The notes under the pieces: generated by a model
The model's input: the letters and a program-made list of their open reading frames with translations, nothing else
Told to the model about the DNA's origin: nothing
The model's database searches: none
Shown here: positions 32,452 through 44,500 of the stretch, in pieces
How the letters are laid out: each line of letters starts with the position of its first letter
Numbering within the stretch: position 1 is the stretch's first letter
Translations under genes and position numbers: made by a program
IMG/VR virus record: IMGVR_UViG_3300033053_000010
Coordinates: 1 to 57,313 of that record
Origin: a virus
Taxonomy: Duplodnaviria > Caudoviricetes
Length of the DNA: 57,313 nt
Reading direction: 5' to 3' (one strand)

Positions 32452-35400
32452 TTACGCAACGGCATATGATATACCATCCAATAATGTTTCCTGATCGCTG
32501 ACTATATCGAGATCTACATCTTTAGTTACTAGATATTCACCCTTAAATACGTGTTTCTCAGAATCTATACTATCAATAGTTAGATCAACATTATTTGATT
32601 TAACGGTGTAGTCCTGGATATAAGCAATATCACCATCTGATAAAGTAACAGCATTTTGCATTGTTAGATTATAACCACCCAACACGTCAAAGTTCCCAAC
32701 GAAACGTAGTTTATAACTATTTTTATACAATATCAAAGGTATTGTGTAATCATGGAAATTATCACAAGATGCTGGAGTAATGAAGTTATCAACATTTTGG
32801 GCTGTCATTTCAGTTATAGCACTCCAGTTTGATCCATCATAAGTGACTCTTCTTAAATTATAAGTGGTTGGGTAAGCTATTGTGTAGCCACTCCACACTA
32901 CATCTACGTTTCCATTTTGATCCTCTGATAATGTAGGCATCATTTGAGCATAAATATTGCCATTGGTTAATTTATAATAATTCCATGTAGTACCATTATC
33001 GTCTGAATAACCAACTTTTATATTGGTCACGGTAGCGTCGGTAGAGTCTATACCATGCCATACAGCCCAGATTCTTCCAGCGTGTGCACCATATTTCTGT
33101 AATAACATGTTTAAACCATTATAAGTAACGTCTGTTGATAAATTGGTCTGTCCAGCGATAGACATTACAGACGCATTCGTAACCCAAGATGAGCCATTCC
33201 AAATTGTGGTTGCCATGGTTGCGGCGTTTACGGTCATAACGACTAAATTTCCAAGTTGATTATAACACGCAGCAACATCATAATATCCATTTGCGGAACT
33301 TATTGATTCCCCACCAGCAACGCCAGCTTGTGACATCCAAGTCATTCCGTCATCTAAACTTTTATAATTAGAGTTGTAATAATATGGTGATGAGGCATAA
33401 TATTCTTTATCGATAACGTTTATTGTGCCTGCATCATTAATTAATATTTGGATTGTATATTTTGCAGTATGTGAACTTATAGCAGCTATTGTAGATATCG
33501 TCGATACCGTTGAACCAACCGTCGTTACGTCAAATCTAGTAAACGCAATATCTCCTCCAACTTGACTAACCGCATAAACCTTATTTCCTCTTGAAGTTAT
33601 ACCGATGGCACCATTAGTAGACCTGGTTACTGTCCACGTTGTTAGTGGAATCCAAGTAGCTCCATTATCCTTCGATACATTAAATATAACATCTGTATAT
33701 GCGGAATTATACGAAGCTGTAACTATCCAACCATTACCTAAACGTACTGGTCTTGCAGATTTGAATATTACGTCTGCCGTAGTGTTTACTTCAGTTGATC
33801 TATTATTATTTATTGTGTTTGGAGTTAAATTTAATATCTCGTTCATTATGTTATTCATAAATAACTTATCGCCAACAGACAACGTTCTAGTAGGTATGTT
33901 TGTTACAACACTAGTCGAATTATTCACAGCACCCTTAACTGTTGTTTTATTAACGACCTTAGGATAGATAGCTAAATTGAGATTATTGAATGTGTCATCA
34001 AAACTCTGAGTCTTCATCGCCAACTTCATAATTCTAGTCAACGTCAGAGTTTCCCCCGGAGTAATAGTAACATTGCTAGCTAAAGTTAGATGTGATGAAT
34101 TGGCTTCAAACGTTAAATTACCATTCATTCTCAAAGTGTTTGTAACACGATCTGTATAAATATATGGTGGAAGAGTTCCTGTGAATACAATCGGTAACGC
34201 TATTGGTAAACTGTAGACCCCGGTCGTGTTTGTTGTTATAGCTATAATATCAGAGAAACTAACGCAGTCATCTGAATATTTATATTTTATTCTATAAGGA
34301 GTAGTGGTACTATAGTTCCCAGACCACATGATATATACCCTACCATTATTGTCATGGATCAACGTTGGATTTATGTTGTGAAGTGATGTGTCGGTTGGTG
34401 TTAAATCTATACCGTTACTCCAAGTCGCTCCATTGTCATCAGAATATGATAGTTTTATATGGTAATAAGTTGTTGATATATAACCATACCATACTAATAC
34501 TAGACGTCCAGTATGAGTTCCATTTTTAACCCTCATACATACAGGTGATAATTGATCATAATTAGTTGATACGCCCGCATTGTTATGGACGATAACACTA
34601 GTGTCGTAAGCCGTTAGATCTGATTTCATATTATAACACATAAGTCGTTTATAAGTTGTTGTTTGAGCATATGAACATAATATTGAAATTAGACCATTTG
34701 CCTTCTCGACTAAACAAGGCCATGTGTATAAATAATTTATAGTAGTACTTGTCACCACGTGTATTGGTGTAGACCAAGTAGCCCCAAGGTCTGTAGAGTA
34801 CGCCATTTTGATCCCTAAGGCTGTGGATAATGAGTTGGTACAACTATAGGCAACCATCAATCTATTATCGGATGTAACTATTAATGATATACCATCACCA
34901 AACGAAGTCTGTGAATAATCAATTCTTACCGGGTTTGTTGAGCCCACTATGTTTGAATCGGTAATCGTAGAAGCGTTGAAACTATGACTCCAAATCTCAG
35001 TTCCATCCTCAACAACAAAATATATGTTTAAACCCTTACTTGTAACGGCAAATCTTGTTATAGTCGTTGTCGTAAAGAAACATAATTCAGACCAAGTACT
35101 ACCAAAGTCTTTTGACACCCTGAAATATATACCAACCCCAGATCTCAATTCTGGTAGAACTATCCAACCATTGGACAGATATTGTGGTGGCGCGCACATT
35201 GTAGTATCAAAGGCTGAATTATCAACTATTGGTAAATCAGAAGTAAGATTTTTAACTGCTGAAACGCTACCTTGTGTTACTGAATCAACATTAACTCCAT
35301 TTATCTTATCACCAACTATTATCTGTTGATCAACATCAATAACGTTAGTGTTAACATAACTACCCAAAGAGGTGACTACTGGTAAGTCTTTATCTGAGAA

Positions 35401-36576
35401 TCTTACTGCTTTATCATCACCGCTAAAGACTACCGAAGTGTTTACCTTGTCTATATATTCATCTGTCGCGAAGTCATCATAAAACCCACAACCAGATTGA
35501 TTGACGAAATCTATTAATCCCTGTTCTGCTATTTTTCTTTCCAATTGTTCTATTTGTTCCCTAGCCTCTAAATCAGCACCCGATCCACTTCCAGTACCAC
35601 CCTGCATTATTAAATCGGTACCATTATATCTGAATGTATACATTCCATTTTGAAGTAGATTAGCAACTGGTGACCCATCGACGTTCTTTAACGCCTTGGC
35701 ACCCATTCCTGACCAATTTAAAGTGGTTGCACCATTACTTGACGCGTTAGCAACAAAACAGATTATGTCCCCCTCTGTCAATGAGGTTATTACTGGTATA
35801 CCTAAAACATAATTATTTCCGGAATTAGTTGTCATTCCACCATAATGGATGTGAATTTTATTATCTGCCTCATGGGCGTCGTAGTCATCCTTAAGGTTTG
35901 TTATCTGTACCTGTAGATTTCCAGCGACATCACCACTTAATTGGTTTTGGATGTTGGCAAACCAGGCATCAAAATCTGCTGTACGTTGATTAATAACCCC
36001 TACATATTCATCATCTCTAGTATTAAGAACTTCTTGGAACTGAGTATTCCACTGTACCAATAAAGCATCTATATCTAATGTTTCTAGAATACCCGTTACG
36101 AAAGGACAATCCGAGGTACCAACCCTATTGGTTATATTGGCTTGTGTTATTTCAGTTACAGCAGCCCCTATATAAATATCACTTAATGGGTATTGGTTAA
36201 CATATTCTGTCTTAGTAAGTGTAGGCGCTACCGGCGTACTACTTGGTGTACCTTTTAATATTTTTATACTGTTAGCTCTTACATCATCACCAGAATTAAC
36301 TTCCAATACAACGGTGTCGATTCTGTTTAATATAAGTTCTGATTGTTCAACAGTTAAAGGTAAAGACGCGTCATTATTCGTCCAAGTACTATTAAACCAA
36401 GCACGTCCGTCGCCAACATTAATATACATACCTGTAACCGAGGTAACCATTAATGCTGATCCGATAGACATGAAAACACCATCATTAATTACACCATCGA
36501 ATATGGCTGATAATTGTTCGGCATTATATTTTCTATCGTGGTTTATAGAGTTATAGAAACCAAATGTTAAACTCAT
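32452..36576 (-). CDS. Tail fibre / receptor-binding protein with two Asp-box (BNR) beta-propeller domains
   Basis: Baseplate-type N-terminus (GFYNS..HDRKYNA); six S-x-D-x-G-x-T-W boxes in two clusters. Confidence 0.8.
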   Translation of the reverse strand: MSLTFGFYNSINHDRKYNAEQLSAIFDGVINDGVFMSIGSALMVTSVTGMYINVGDGRAWFNSTWTNNDASLPLTVEQSELILNRIDTVVLEVNSGDDVRANSIKILKGTPSSTPVAPTLTKTEYVNQYPLSDIYIGAAVTEITQANITNRVGTSDCPFVTGILETLDIDALLVQWNTQFQEVLNTRDDEYVGVINQRTADFDAWFANIQNQLSGDVAGNLQVQITNLKDDYDAHEADNKIHIHYGGMTTNSGNNYVLGIPVITSLTEGDIICFVANASSNGATTLNWSGMGAKALKNVDGSPVANLLQNGMYTFRYNGTDLIMQGGTGSGSGADLEAREQIEQLERKIAEQGLIDFVNQSGCGFYDDFATDEYIDKVNTSVVFSGDDKAVRFSDKDLPVVTSLGSYVNTNVIDVDQQIIVGDKINGVNVDSVTQGSVSAVKNLTSDLPIVDNSAFDTTMCAPPQYLSNGWIVLPELRSGVGIYFRVSKDFGSTWSELCFFTTTTITRFAVTSKGLNIYFVVEDGTEIWSHSFNASTITDSNIVGSTNPVRIDYSQTSFGDGISLIVTSDNRLMVAYSCTNSLSTALGIKMAYSTDLGATWSTPIHVVTSTTINYLYTWPCLVEKANGLISILCSYAQTTTYKRLMCYNMKSDLTAYDTSVIVHNNAGVSTNYDQLSPVCMRVKNGTHTGRLVLVWYGYISTTYYHIKLSYSDDNGATWSNGIDLTPTDTSLHNINPTLIHDNNGRVYIMWSGNYSTTTPYRIKYKYSDDCVSFSDIIAITTNTTGVYSLPIALPIVFTGTLPPYIYTDRVTNTLRMNGNLTFEANSSHLTLASNVTITPGETLTLTRIMKLAMKTQSFDDTFNNLNLAIYPKVVNKTTVKGAVNNSTSVVTNIPTRTLSVGDKLFMNNIMNEILNLTPNTINNNRSTEVNTTADVIFKSARPVRLGNGWIVTASYNSAYTDVIFNVSKDNGATWIPLTTWTVTRSTNGAIGITSRGNKVYAVSQVGGDIAFTRFDVTTVGSTVSTISTIAAISSHTAKYTIQILINDAGTINVIDKEYYASSPYYYNSNYKSLDDGMTWMSQAGVAGGESISSANGYYDVAACYNQLGNLVVMTVNAATMATTIWNGSSWVTNASVMSIAGQTNLSTDVTYNGLNMLLQKYGAHAGRIWAVWHGIDSTDATVTNIKVGYSDDNGTTWNYYKLTNGNIYAQMMPTLSEDQNGNVDVVWSGYTIAYPTTYNLRRVTYDGSNWSAITEMTAQNVDNFITPASCDNFHDYTIPLILYKNSYKLRFVGNFDVLGGYNLTMQNAVTLSDGDIAYIQDYTVKSNNVDLTIDSIDSEKHVFKGEYLVTKDVDLDIVSDQETLLDGISYAVA

Positions 36577-36592
36577 GTTTGACCTCCTTTAT

Positions 36593-37657
36593 CTAAATCA
36601 TCTGAAATGTCGGGTATGAAGATATACCTTGGTCACTCTGGGAATGTATCATCTCTATAACCCTAGCCTGACCTTCAATCCCATAATCACTTACTAATTG
36701 AACTATATCCCCCATTTTGAAATCTTCACCGTATTTAAACATACGAGTGGTATCTACCTGACCATCAAATGATTTATCAATCTTATTTTTGTCTAGAACT
36801 TCATTTCCTTTTTGTGTTAACTGAGCAATATATTCTTCATCAGTCATATAAACATCGTCAACAGTCTGTGACATACTACTAGCATCAGTGTATATCTCTC
36901 TCCTATTAAGTTCCGTTTCGGTTCCAACAGTAACTATTTTTCTAGGTATACCTATGTCACCACTTTCCTCACCCATTACCAATGTGACATTTTTAACATT
37001 CTTTTTGGATAATGAATAACTACTATTTATAATATTCTCAAATTTAGGAGAGAATACAACATATGAATTTTCGAATTGTTCATACGATCTATTAACACCA
37101 GCATACAACTTGAATATTAATTGATTCGTTTCGGATAACGTTATCTTGAATCCTATATTGTTAGTTGAACATAGTTTTTCAATAGTGGTGTATAAGTTAT
37201 CACCCATGTATTGAGCATCTACAGTTAACTCAGTAATTGCTGGGTCTGTAGAAGCCTCAAATACTAAGTTAGGTATTACTCTTTCTGGTAATGTTGGAGA
37301 TATGGCATTTTCATTTAATAACTGTTGTATTCCATTTTGAAGACTACCGGTTAACACCGTTTGATTCCAAATAATACGTCGTTCTAAAATTGTCTCTAAA
37401 GAACGTCCAGTAACAATCAAATGATTTCCACTCTCGGAATCGAACGTTATCTTGTGGTTCTCAATTATCATGACGTGTTCTGAATCCCTTTGTAATAGAT
37501 AGTTATCCTCTCTTAGGGTTTCAAACGCTTCTTGCGATGCTTTTATATAGATCTCGAAATCCCCAAACTTAGAATATCGATCAGACCAAATTATTGATTC
37601 ATAAGTATCCAATTCAGCCACGCTTATGAAGGACGGATCTAACACTAATAATTCCAT
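36593..37657 (-). CDS. Siphovirus minor tail / hub protein (ReqiPepy6 Gp37-like)
   Basis: Position after Dit; SIIW.DRY...GDFE and DF.MGDIV patterns. Confidence 0.7.
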   Translation of the reverse strand: MELLVLDPSFISVAELDTYESIIWSDRYSKFGDFEIYIKASQEAFETLREDNYLLQRDSEHVMIIENHKITFDSESGNHLIVTGRSLETILERRIIWNQTVLTGSLQNGIQQLLNENAISPTLPERVIPNLVFEASTDPAITELTVDAQYMGDNLYTTIEKLCSTNNIGFKITLSETNQLIFKLYAGVNRSYEQFENSYVVFSPKFENIINSSYSLSKKNVKNVTLVMGEESGDIGIPRKIVTVGTETELNRREIYTDASSMSQTVDDVYMTDEEYIAQLTQKGNEVLDKNKIDKSFDGQVDTTRMFKYGEDFKMGDIVQLVSDYGIEGQARVIEMIHSQSDQGISSYPTFQMI

Positions 37658-37660
37658 ATA

Positions 37661-38566
37661 TCATACCCCCTCATAAACTATCTGATTCTCAATCCTAAAT
37701 TGTAAATTTGACGCTCCTGTATCCGAAGTGAACGCAAATACATTATCACCTTTAGCTAACTGGAACCAATCAGCATCTCTACCCAAACAGTTAAGTATGT
37801 TCATATATATGCCATCTCTTATTAGGTATATAGATTTGTGTCCCTTAATAGTAGATATTACAATATCATCTCCAGCTTGGATGCCAGATCCAATAAGCGC
37901 TACTAGTTTTGTAGTATCTATATCCATAACTTCACGGGTCCCGGAATTATAAATAGTTATATTGGTCGCTTCACCCATGGCGTGAATATAAATAATAACA
38001 CCTATATCTGAATCACCACTATAAACAATCGTCTTTTCTTGATTAATGACGATGGAACCTATCTCTATTAAATTCTCGGATAATGATTCGTTTGAAAATG
38101 GAAACTCAAACAATGGTTCTATACCAGCGAATATTGTATTATTTATATATTCTGAATAGAAATAAGGATCCGGACACACTATTGATATTTGTGTTGTTTC
38201 GTTATTTGAGAATATTACTGGGTCGTTAGATTCAACATATCCGTATATACTGGATGTTCTATTGTCAGTTTCTATTGTAAGTTTTAATATTTTCTTTACT
38301 GGGAAATATTTATATGTTTTTTGTCTAACACTCTCGATGTTTGGAATAGGTAATAATTTTAATGTTAGTACTATATTTCTAGAACCAACCCTAGCTGAGT
38401 TAAACAACGCCCCATCAGAGGTTGATAATTCAGTAGAGTTTATAGTAGCCTTACTAGGACCAAGACCGTCTATATTTTGGATAAGAAACCCAGATTTCTC
38501 TGGGAATCCTAACTCCATTTTGATTGAATCACCTAAGTGATTTGTTACCTTTACAGATTTTATCAT
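37661..38566 (-). CDS. Distal tail protein (Dit)
   Basis: Follows the TMP; CPDPYFY and WFQLAKGDN motifs. Confidence 0.75.
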   Translation of the reverse strand: MIKSVKVTNHLGDSIKMELGFPEKSGFLIQNIDGLGPSKATINSTELSTSDGALFNSARVGSRNIVLTLKLLPIPNIESVRQKTYKYFPVKKILKLTIETDNRTSSIYGYVESNDPVIFSNNETTQISIVCPDPYFYSEYINNTIFAGIEPLFEFPFSNESLSENLIEIGSIVINQEKTIVYSGDSDIGVIIYIHAMGEATNITIYNSGTREVMDIDTTKLVALIGSGIQAGDDIVISTIKGHKSIYLIRDGIYMNILNCLGRDADWFQLAKGDNVFAFTSDTGASNLQFRIENQIVYEGV

Positions 38567-41500
38567 TAATCACTCACCAACCCTTTCATTGTCGAGATTT
38601 GGTTTCTTGTTTGTCGATAGATATCTAGTCTCGATAAAGCCGTAGGAGAGTAATTATTTTGTGTAAACGTTATTGACGTACCTTTATCGCCAACTTGACT
38701 CACACCACTAGTTGCTTGTTGTCCAGTGGATATGTTCGGAATTCTATTTGCTATAGATGAAACATTAATACCTTGAGTTTTAGCAAACATCTTATCGACC
38801 AATAATCCACCAGATTTAATATCAGATAAATCTAATACTGGACGGATAACTGGTGATGTGTCCACGCTCCCATTAACAATGTCTGATATATTGGATATGC
38901 TTGATTTTAACGCATCAATTGCTGAATTACCTATTCCAGAGGCAGACGTTGTTACAACACCAGCAAACTTTTCTAAACCATTAGCGAAACCTATATCAGA
39001 GTACATACCAAGTTTAGCGAACTCTTTAGATGGTGACGCTATTCCTAGGGCATCCTTAGCTGCTTGTAATGCGGCTAAAGCTGTCTCAGCAGCTATTTGT
39101 GCTAATTCAGCAGCCTTTTGTTTTATACCCTTTATCATACCGTCCACTATAGCCATTCCAACACTGGTCCAGTCTATGTTTTTAATATTGTTACTCAAAT
39201 CAACCATTTTCTGTTTTGTACCGTCAGCTAAATTATTAACCTGAGTGTCATAAGTGGTATTTAAAGTTGTTAATTGCTCATCAGAAGTAGCATTCAATTG
39301 AGCCATTTGATTAGCCCATTCTTGTCTTAACGCTGATAAATCTTTACTAGCTTGATCTCTTAACTCTTGTATTTTCACAGCAGTTTCAGTTTTAAGAGTT
39401 GTTAATTCGCTAACTGCTTGGTCAGCTGCTTCACTATGTTTAGTCTTCCATAATGACACGTACTCGTCCAACTCCGGTTGAGTCATTTGATTTAAAGCCT
39501 TAACTTGCATCATTGACTTCTCACCCATATTCCTCAATTCGACCATTAAATCAGAACTTATTCCTTTACCCGATAACTCGTCTAGATTTTTCTGCCAATC
39601 CTGGAACTCGGTTATCTGTCCTTTGAGGTTAGCAGTTAGTTGTTTACCACTAACTGGCTTCTGGGCTTGAATCTTATCAAACAAACCGTAAGCGTTATAT
39701 AACGAATCAGTCTTTGATTTCAGAGCCTGATCATAAGCATCATTTAAACTCTTTATGTCGGTTTTTAATTTCTCATTTACACTCTTTACCTTTGATTGAT
39801 AATCGTCCTCTATTGATTTACGTTTATCATTCATTTCTTTCTGAACTCTATAGGCTTCTCTATCAGCTTTCTCACGTTCAGCAGTTCCTTCGGCATATTT
39901 CTTCTGTAAATCTTGCCACGCTGCTAATTCCTCTGCTAGACTAAGTTTGTTATAATACTTCCTATCTTCCATCAACTTAACAGCGGCATCAAACACTTCT
40001 TGATCTGATTCTTTCTTCTTCTGATTTACTTCATTTTGAACCCTGTATACTTCCCTATCTATTTTCTCTCTTTCGGCGGTTCCTGCAGCATATTGTGATT
40101 GCATGTTTTTCCAAGTCTTCAATTCATCTTCTATAGAAAGTTTATTATAATATTTCTGGTCGTCTATCCATTTGCAAGCATTATCATAATCCCTCTTATA
40201 GATCTCATTTTTTATAGTGTATGCTTCTTTATCAGCCTTGACACGTTCTTCAGTACCTTGTGCATATTTATCTTGTATTTGTTCCCAAACGTATAATTCC
40301 TCATCCAAACTTATTTGGTTATAGAATTTACGGTCCTCAATCCAAGCTTTAGCAGTATCAACAGCATCTTTAGCCATTTCTTCGGAAGCATCAGCTGCTT
40401 CTTTCGCATGCAACCTAATACCACTTGCCATACCAGCAGCAACCATCGCTCCGACTTCATCCCTAAACACTCTCGATGGTGATTTAATATTTAATGAATC
40501 CTTAGCCGCTTGCAACGCTAATTTACCAAGTGAAGCACCGGCATCAATAAGACTTCCAGCATCACTCTTTAATCCCTTAATAAATCCTTTTACAGCATTT
40601 ACCCCAGCATCAACAAATTTACCACCGAGATCAGCAATACTATTAACTATAGCGTCAACTAATTTCACACAAGCATCATTTAAAGCAGCTGAATTACCAT
40701 TTATAGCATCGGCTAAGCCGTTTATAAACGCAATAATTAACTTAAAGGCGGAATCTATTATTCTAGGTAGATTATCAGAAATACCGTTTATAAAAGCCAC
40801 GATTATGTCTGCCGCAGCAGTAACAAATCTTGGAACATTTTGAGCCACTACGTTCAACATTAGTAATACTATATTTAACATCTTTTGAGCTATAACAGGT
40901 GCCCATTTAGTTAAAACATCGAGCATTCCAGATATGATCTTAAAAATACCATTAGCAAATGCTGGTATATTATTAGCTATAGATTGAACCATAGCAACCA
41001 TACCCTCACCCATTTTCTTAGCAAGTGCTGGTATACCATCACCTATACCCTTGACCATAGCAGCCATGGCTGATGATATATTAGCAGCGCCTTGTTGCGT
41101 TGTTCCATCTAATTTAGCAAATGACGCTGTGAGTTTATCAAAACCATATGCAGCCAATGCTACACCAGCACCAATAGCAACTACAGCTAATCCTAGAACT
41201 ACTAATGCTCCAGATAAAGCAAACATTGCTGGTACAACTGGAGCTAATACTGCAGCCGCCAATCCTAAAACTACGAATACTCCTGCTAATGTTAATAAAC
41301 TCTTTAACATGCCTTCCCAACTTATAGCGCTTAATTGTAATATCGGTGGTACTAATAAATTTAAAGCAGTTGCGGCTAATATTAATGTTAGAATTCCTGT
41401 TAAGGAACCCTCCATCAATTTTATACCACCCGCCAATACGACTAAACTTCCACCTATACCAACTATACCTTTAATTATACCTTCCCATGATAAATTAGAT

Positions 41501-44500
41501 AATGGTATTAGAGCTTGGGTCATTACTACCATCGCACTAGCAACACCAGTTAAACCTAAAGCTGTAAATATTGAGTCTGCGGGGAGTTTTTGCATCGATA
41601 ACGAAATTACACCTAACGCTAAACCAACAGCCACTATGCCTTTAGCTATACCTTCCCACGATAACGTTGCGAAACTCTGGAAAGCTTTAGTTAGTATGTT
41701 TAATGCGGTACATATCTCTAACAACGCTATGGCGTTTACGGGAGTATATTTCGAAAGTGAATTCATCATTATTAAGATTTCAAGCATGGCTAATCCCATA
41801 CCAATTAAACCTTTTTTGATATCTTCCCAATTCATACCACCGAACGCTTGTAGATCTTTAGCTAATAATGCAAGTGCACCAACGGTTATTCCTAGACCAA
41901 TAGTCGTTGTTATTGTTCCCTTCACACCTGATGATAATTTATTAAATGCAAATATCTCAAGTAATGCTAAACCCATACCAAGTAAACCCTTTTTTATGTC
42001 TTCCCAATTAAGTGCTCCAATTTGACTTAATGGTGTATACATTTTCTGTAATGCATATGCGACTATAACTAAACTTGCAGATGTTGCTATTACATTCTTA
42101 GAACTAGATGTGAATTTATCGAACGCGGCTACTTCTAATAATACTCCACCGATTCCAAGAAACCCCTTCTTTATAACCTCCCAATTAAGTTCACCTATTT
42201 TACTCAACACGGTACCCATATTATTCATGGCAACCGATATGATACCCAAACTAATAGAGGTTGCGATTACATTCTTAGAACTTGATGTGAATTTATCAAA
42301 TGTCGCTACTTCAGCTAATACGCCACCTATGCCCATTAGACCCTTCTTTATAGTCTCCCAATTAAGATCGCCTATATTCTTTACGGCATAATACATATTA
42401 TTTAATGCTACCGATAAAATAAGTATTCCAGCTGCTGTTTTTAAACCTAAAGACGCGTTTGTTTTATTAAGGAAAAGTGATAATTCAGCAAGTAAAACAC
42501 CTATTCCTATAAGTCCCTTTTTAAGTTGTTCTGGATTTAAATTGCTAAGACTTGTACATGCCTGAGCTAATATTTTTATTGCCTCAGCAAAGGCTATTAT
42601 GCTAAGAGCTCCTTTGACAAACGTTCCAGAATCTTTCGATAATACTTTTGTAACCATCGCCATCATAGCCATCAAGGCTAATACTGAACCTAATGCTGTA
42701 ATAGTCTGTGTGACATCTAACTTACCCAATATCTGCATGGCATGTGCCATTATCAATATTGATGTAGACATGGTTATCATTACCACAGATGCTTTAATCG
42801 CTGATGCTTTCATTTCGCCTATAAGTGTGAATAATTTCATCGCAATTAATAGCTGAGCAAATAAACCACCAATGGCTGCTAATGAACTTGCTAGTTTAGC
42901 AGAATCCACCAACGATACAGCAACTATAGCTGCTGCTAATATTGCTATTGCAGTTGCTATTTTGATTAACAATCCAGCTTTTAATTGATCTTGATATGAT
43001 TTTAGACAACTACGTACACTATCTAACGTGCTTGTTATTTGTCCTAACCCACCAGATATAGCCTCTTTTAAACCATCAAAAATACTATTTATGTCACCCT
43101 TTTTTCTAATCATCTCGGTGAAGGTCATTACCATTTTTGCTATAGCAAGTCCAATACCGGCCATTGATATTCTACCGATATTTTTAATAAAGTTATCAAT
43201 ACTGGTTGTAAATGATGATTGAACTTGGTCATTAGCTTTCTTTACTTGATCATTTGAACCAACTAATGCCTTTGACACACCATTATACATTTTTTGGATC
43301 GCCCCACCTATGTCAATACCATCAAAACTCTGTGCTACACCAGTAAACATGTTTGATATTTTAGTTTGTAATTCAGATAACTTTTCACTTAAATAAGTTA
43401 CCACCTTACCTATATTGGTTAACATATTACTGAAAGACACCCAAGGATCAAATTTAATTTGTTTAAGAACCGCGGTTCTAATTTCTATGAACTTGGCACC
43501 TAAGTAATTTAAAACGCCTCCAATATCAGTAAATACATTATTTATACCATAACCTATCGATAACAGTGCTTTATTTATAATACCACTAGATTTTATAGTG
43601 TTATCCAGAGCTGTTAACCATTCACCAAAAGCCCCAGTTACTGTTAATATGGTTGATGCTAGATTACCAACACCACCCAACATTACACCTACAGCATTAA
43701 ACAAACCCAAGAATATCGTTTTACCAATATCTAGTACCGCGAAGACTCCTTTGAATGTGGATCTCAAATTATTTAAATCGAATTCGCTCATTTTCAAATT
43801 TGCAGTTAATGTCTGTAAACCCTGTGTTAGAGCAACTAGTTGCTTTGCTGTCGTGGCTGGAAATATATCTCTGAATGCACCATTTAGGGAACCAGCGATA
43901 CCCATAATACTATCGAAAGCGTTTTTAAACGACTCTATTAAAGCTGTACGTCCACCTAAATCCTTCCAACCTTTTACTACTTCATTACGGGCTTTGTCTG
44001 ATTGACCAACTATTGCGCTAAACACACCACTGATACCAGTCAATAGTGTTGTTGATTCGTTTTTACCACCAATAATCAATTCCCATGTCTTTGCCCATCC
44101 TGATTGTACGGATTCTCTCATAGTGCTTAATAATTGTGTAAAGGTTTTAACTTCTGTTGCAGCCTTAACCAAAGCTGGATCATCAGCAAACTTCTGTAAT
44201 GTTTTTAAAAGAACATCACTTGTAAGCCAACCATCACCCTTCTTTGCGTCCAACGATTCCCTAAAGGATACAGCCATATCCCTACCATGACCGAGTTCTG
44301 TTGCGGTCTTTTCCAACGCTTTCTGGAATAGTTCACCACCCATACCAGCGTTAATTACTGAGTTCCAGTCCATTAAAGATACTTTTCCTGCTGCTATAGC
44401 TTGTGATAATTGATACATAGCTGTTGACGCCTGTAGAGCAGAAGATCCAGAACCAGCCGCAAGATTGGCGATACCCTTTATAGCCATCGTTGACGTGTTT

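Noticed and set aside
32452-36576. Diversity-generating retroelement targeting the tail fibre
   Set aside because: No reverse transcriptase, and I saw no template/variable repeat pair.
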